From the NCBI GenBank assembly GCA_964187785.1, contig OZ076409.1, positions 57,228,001 to 57,292,000 on the forward strand: a stretch of 64,000 nucleotides of DNA, written 5' to 3'. Of this stretch, positions 63,488-64,000 are shown in pieces. Under the pieces are notes generated by a model. It was not told the DNA's origin. It did no database searches and saw nothing but the letters and a program-made list of their open reading frames with translations. The position numbers and the translations under genes are program-made. This stretch comes from Amphiscolops sp. MND2022 (lineage: Eukaryota). Within the stretch, counting starts at the first letter, position 1. Every line of letters starts with the position of its first letter.

Positions 63488-63963
63488 AGCAAGCCGGGAC
63501 CGGTCCAAGTCGGCTCCCTATCTAAGGCTCAAAAATAGCAAAAGGACTTCAAAATGTCAAAGTATTGGTGAATTTAGAACCTTTTATGGAAAATTTTTAA
63601 AAGTCTCACAATGCCGAAAAAAAACTGAAAGGGAGGACCCTTTGGGATTTTTCAACATCCATTCTGTTGCAAAACTCCAAAAAATTGAAGGGGGACCCTT
63701 TGGTGGAAAAAAATTGAAAAGTCGCACAGTGCCGAAAAAAATCTAAAAGGGGGACCCTTTGGTCTCGTCCGGTATTGTATGTTTCGCGGGATACCTTTTT
63801 GGTTTAGTTCCTTGGGCCAACAGGTACAATTTGGCGTCTTCTCAAAATTTTGTAGAACTTTTGGTAGAACTATTTTGGTCACTTCATGTGGTCTTAAAAA
63901 AACACTGACGAAAAGCCATGACTATAGTCGACTCTTTTCTTAGGAAAAGCGTCGACTAAAAAA
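63488..63963 (-). mobile_element. HINE-family copy, reverse orientation
   Basis: CAAGCCGGGACCGGTCCAAGTCGG ... GTCGACTAAAAAA. Confidence 0.7.
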
Positions 63964-64000
63964 TCATTTCACCAAAGGGTGTCCCTTCGGTCTCCTCCCT

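Overview
AT-rich animal nuclear DNA, probably from a marine invertebrate (inferred from the transposon families present). It holds three spliced host genes: a KCTD8/12/16-type BTB gene on the minus strand (6648-10434), tubulin-folding cofactor B (41600-51636) and a RagA/B GTPase (57526-62275). The genes sit among many transposable elements. The main feature is a complete 13.7-kb endogenous Polinton/Maverick (adintovirus-like) provirus at 16633-30375, with AGTAGT...ACTACT terminal inverted repeats (TIRs) and a perfect 6-bp target-site duplication (TSD), AATGTT. It encodes an adenain protease, minor and major capsid proteins, an rve integrase, protein-primed PolB and, unusually, two tandem A32/FtsK-like ATPases; several genes carry frameshifts or stops. 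Three patterns in the provirus stand out. (1) A family of 18/21-nt GC-rich double mini-hairpins sits exactly in frame inside five viral genes and shows compensatory base changes. (2) A TAAAT(G) motif lies at or just before every gene start. (3) A mini-ORF upstream of PolB copies the 5' end of the protease gene. Other elements are a GalEa-like Copia remnant, two hAT transposons, Tc1/mariner- and piggyBac-type MITEs, a LINE fragment, further LTR remnants and many DINE-1/HINE-like Helentron derivatives. The RagA/B gene has Glu in place of the switch-II Gln. All calls come from motif recognition by eye; no database search was run.
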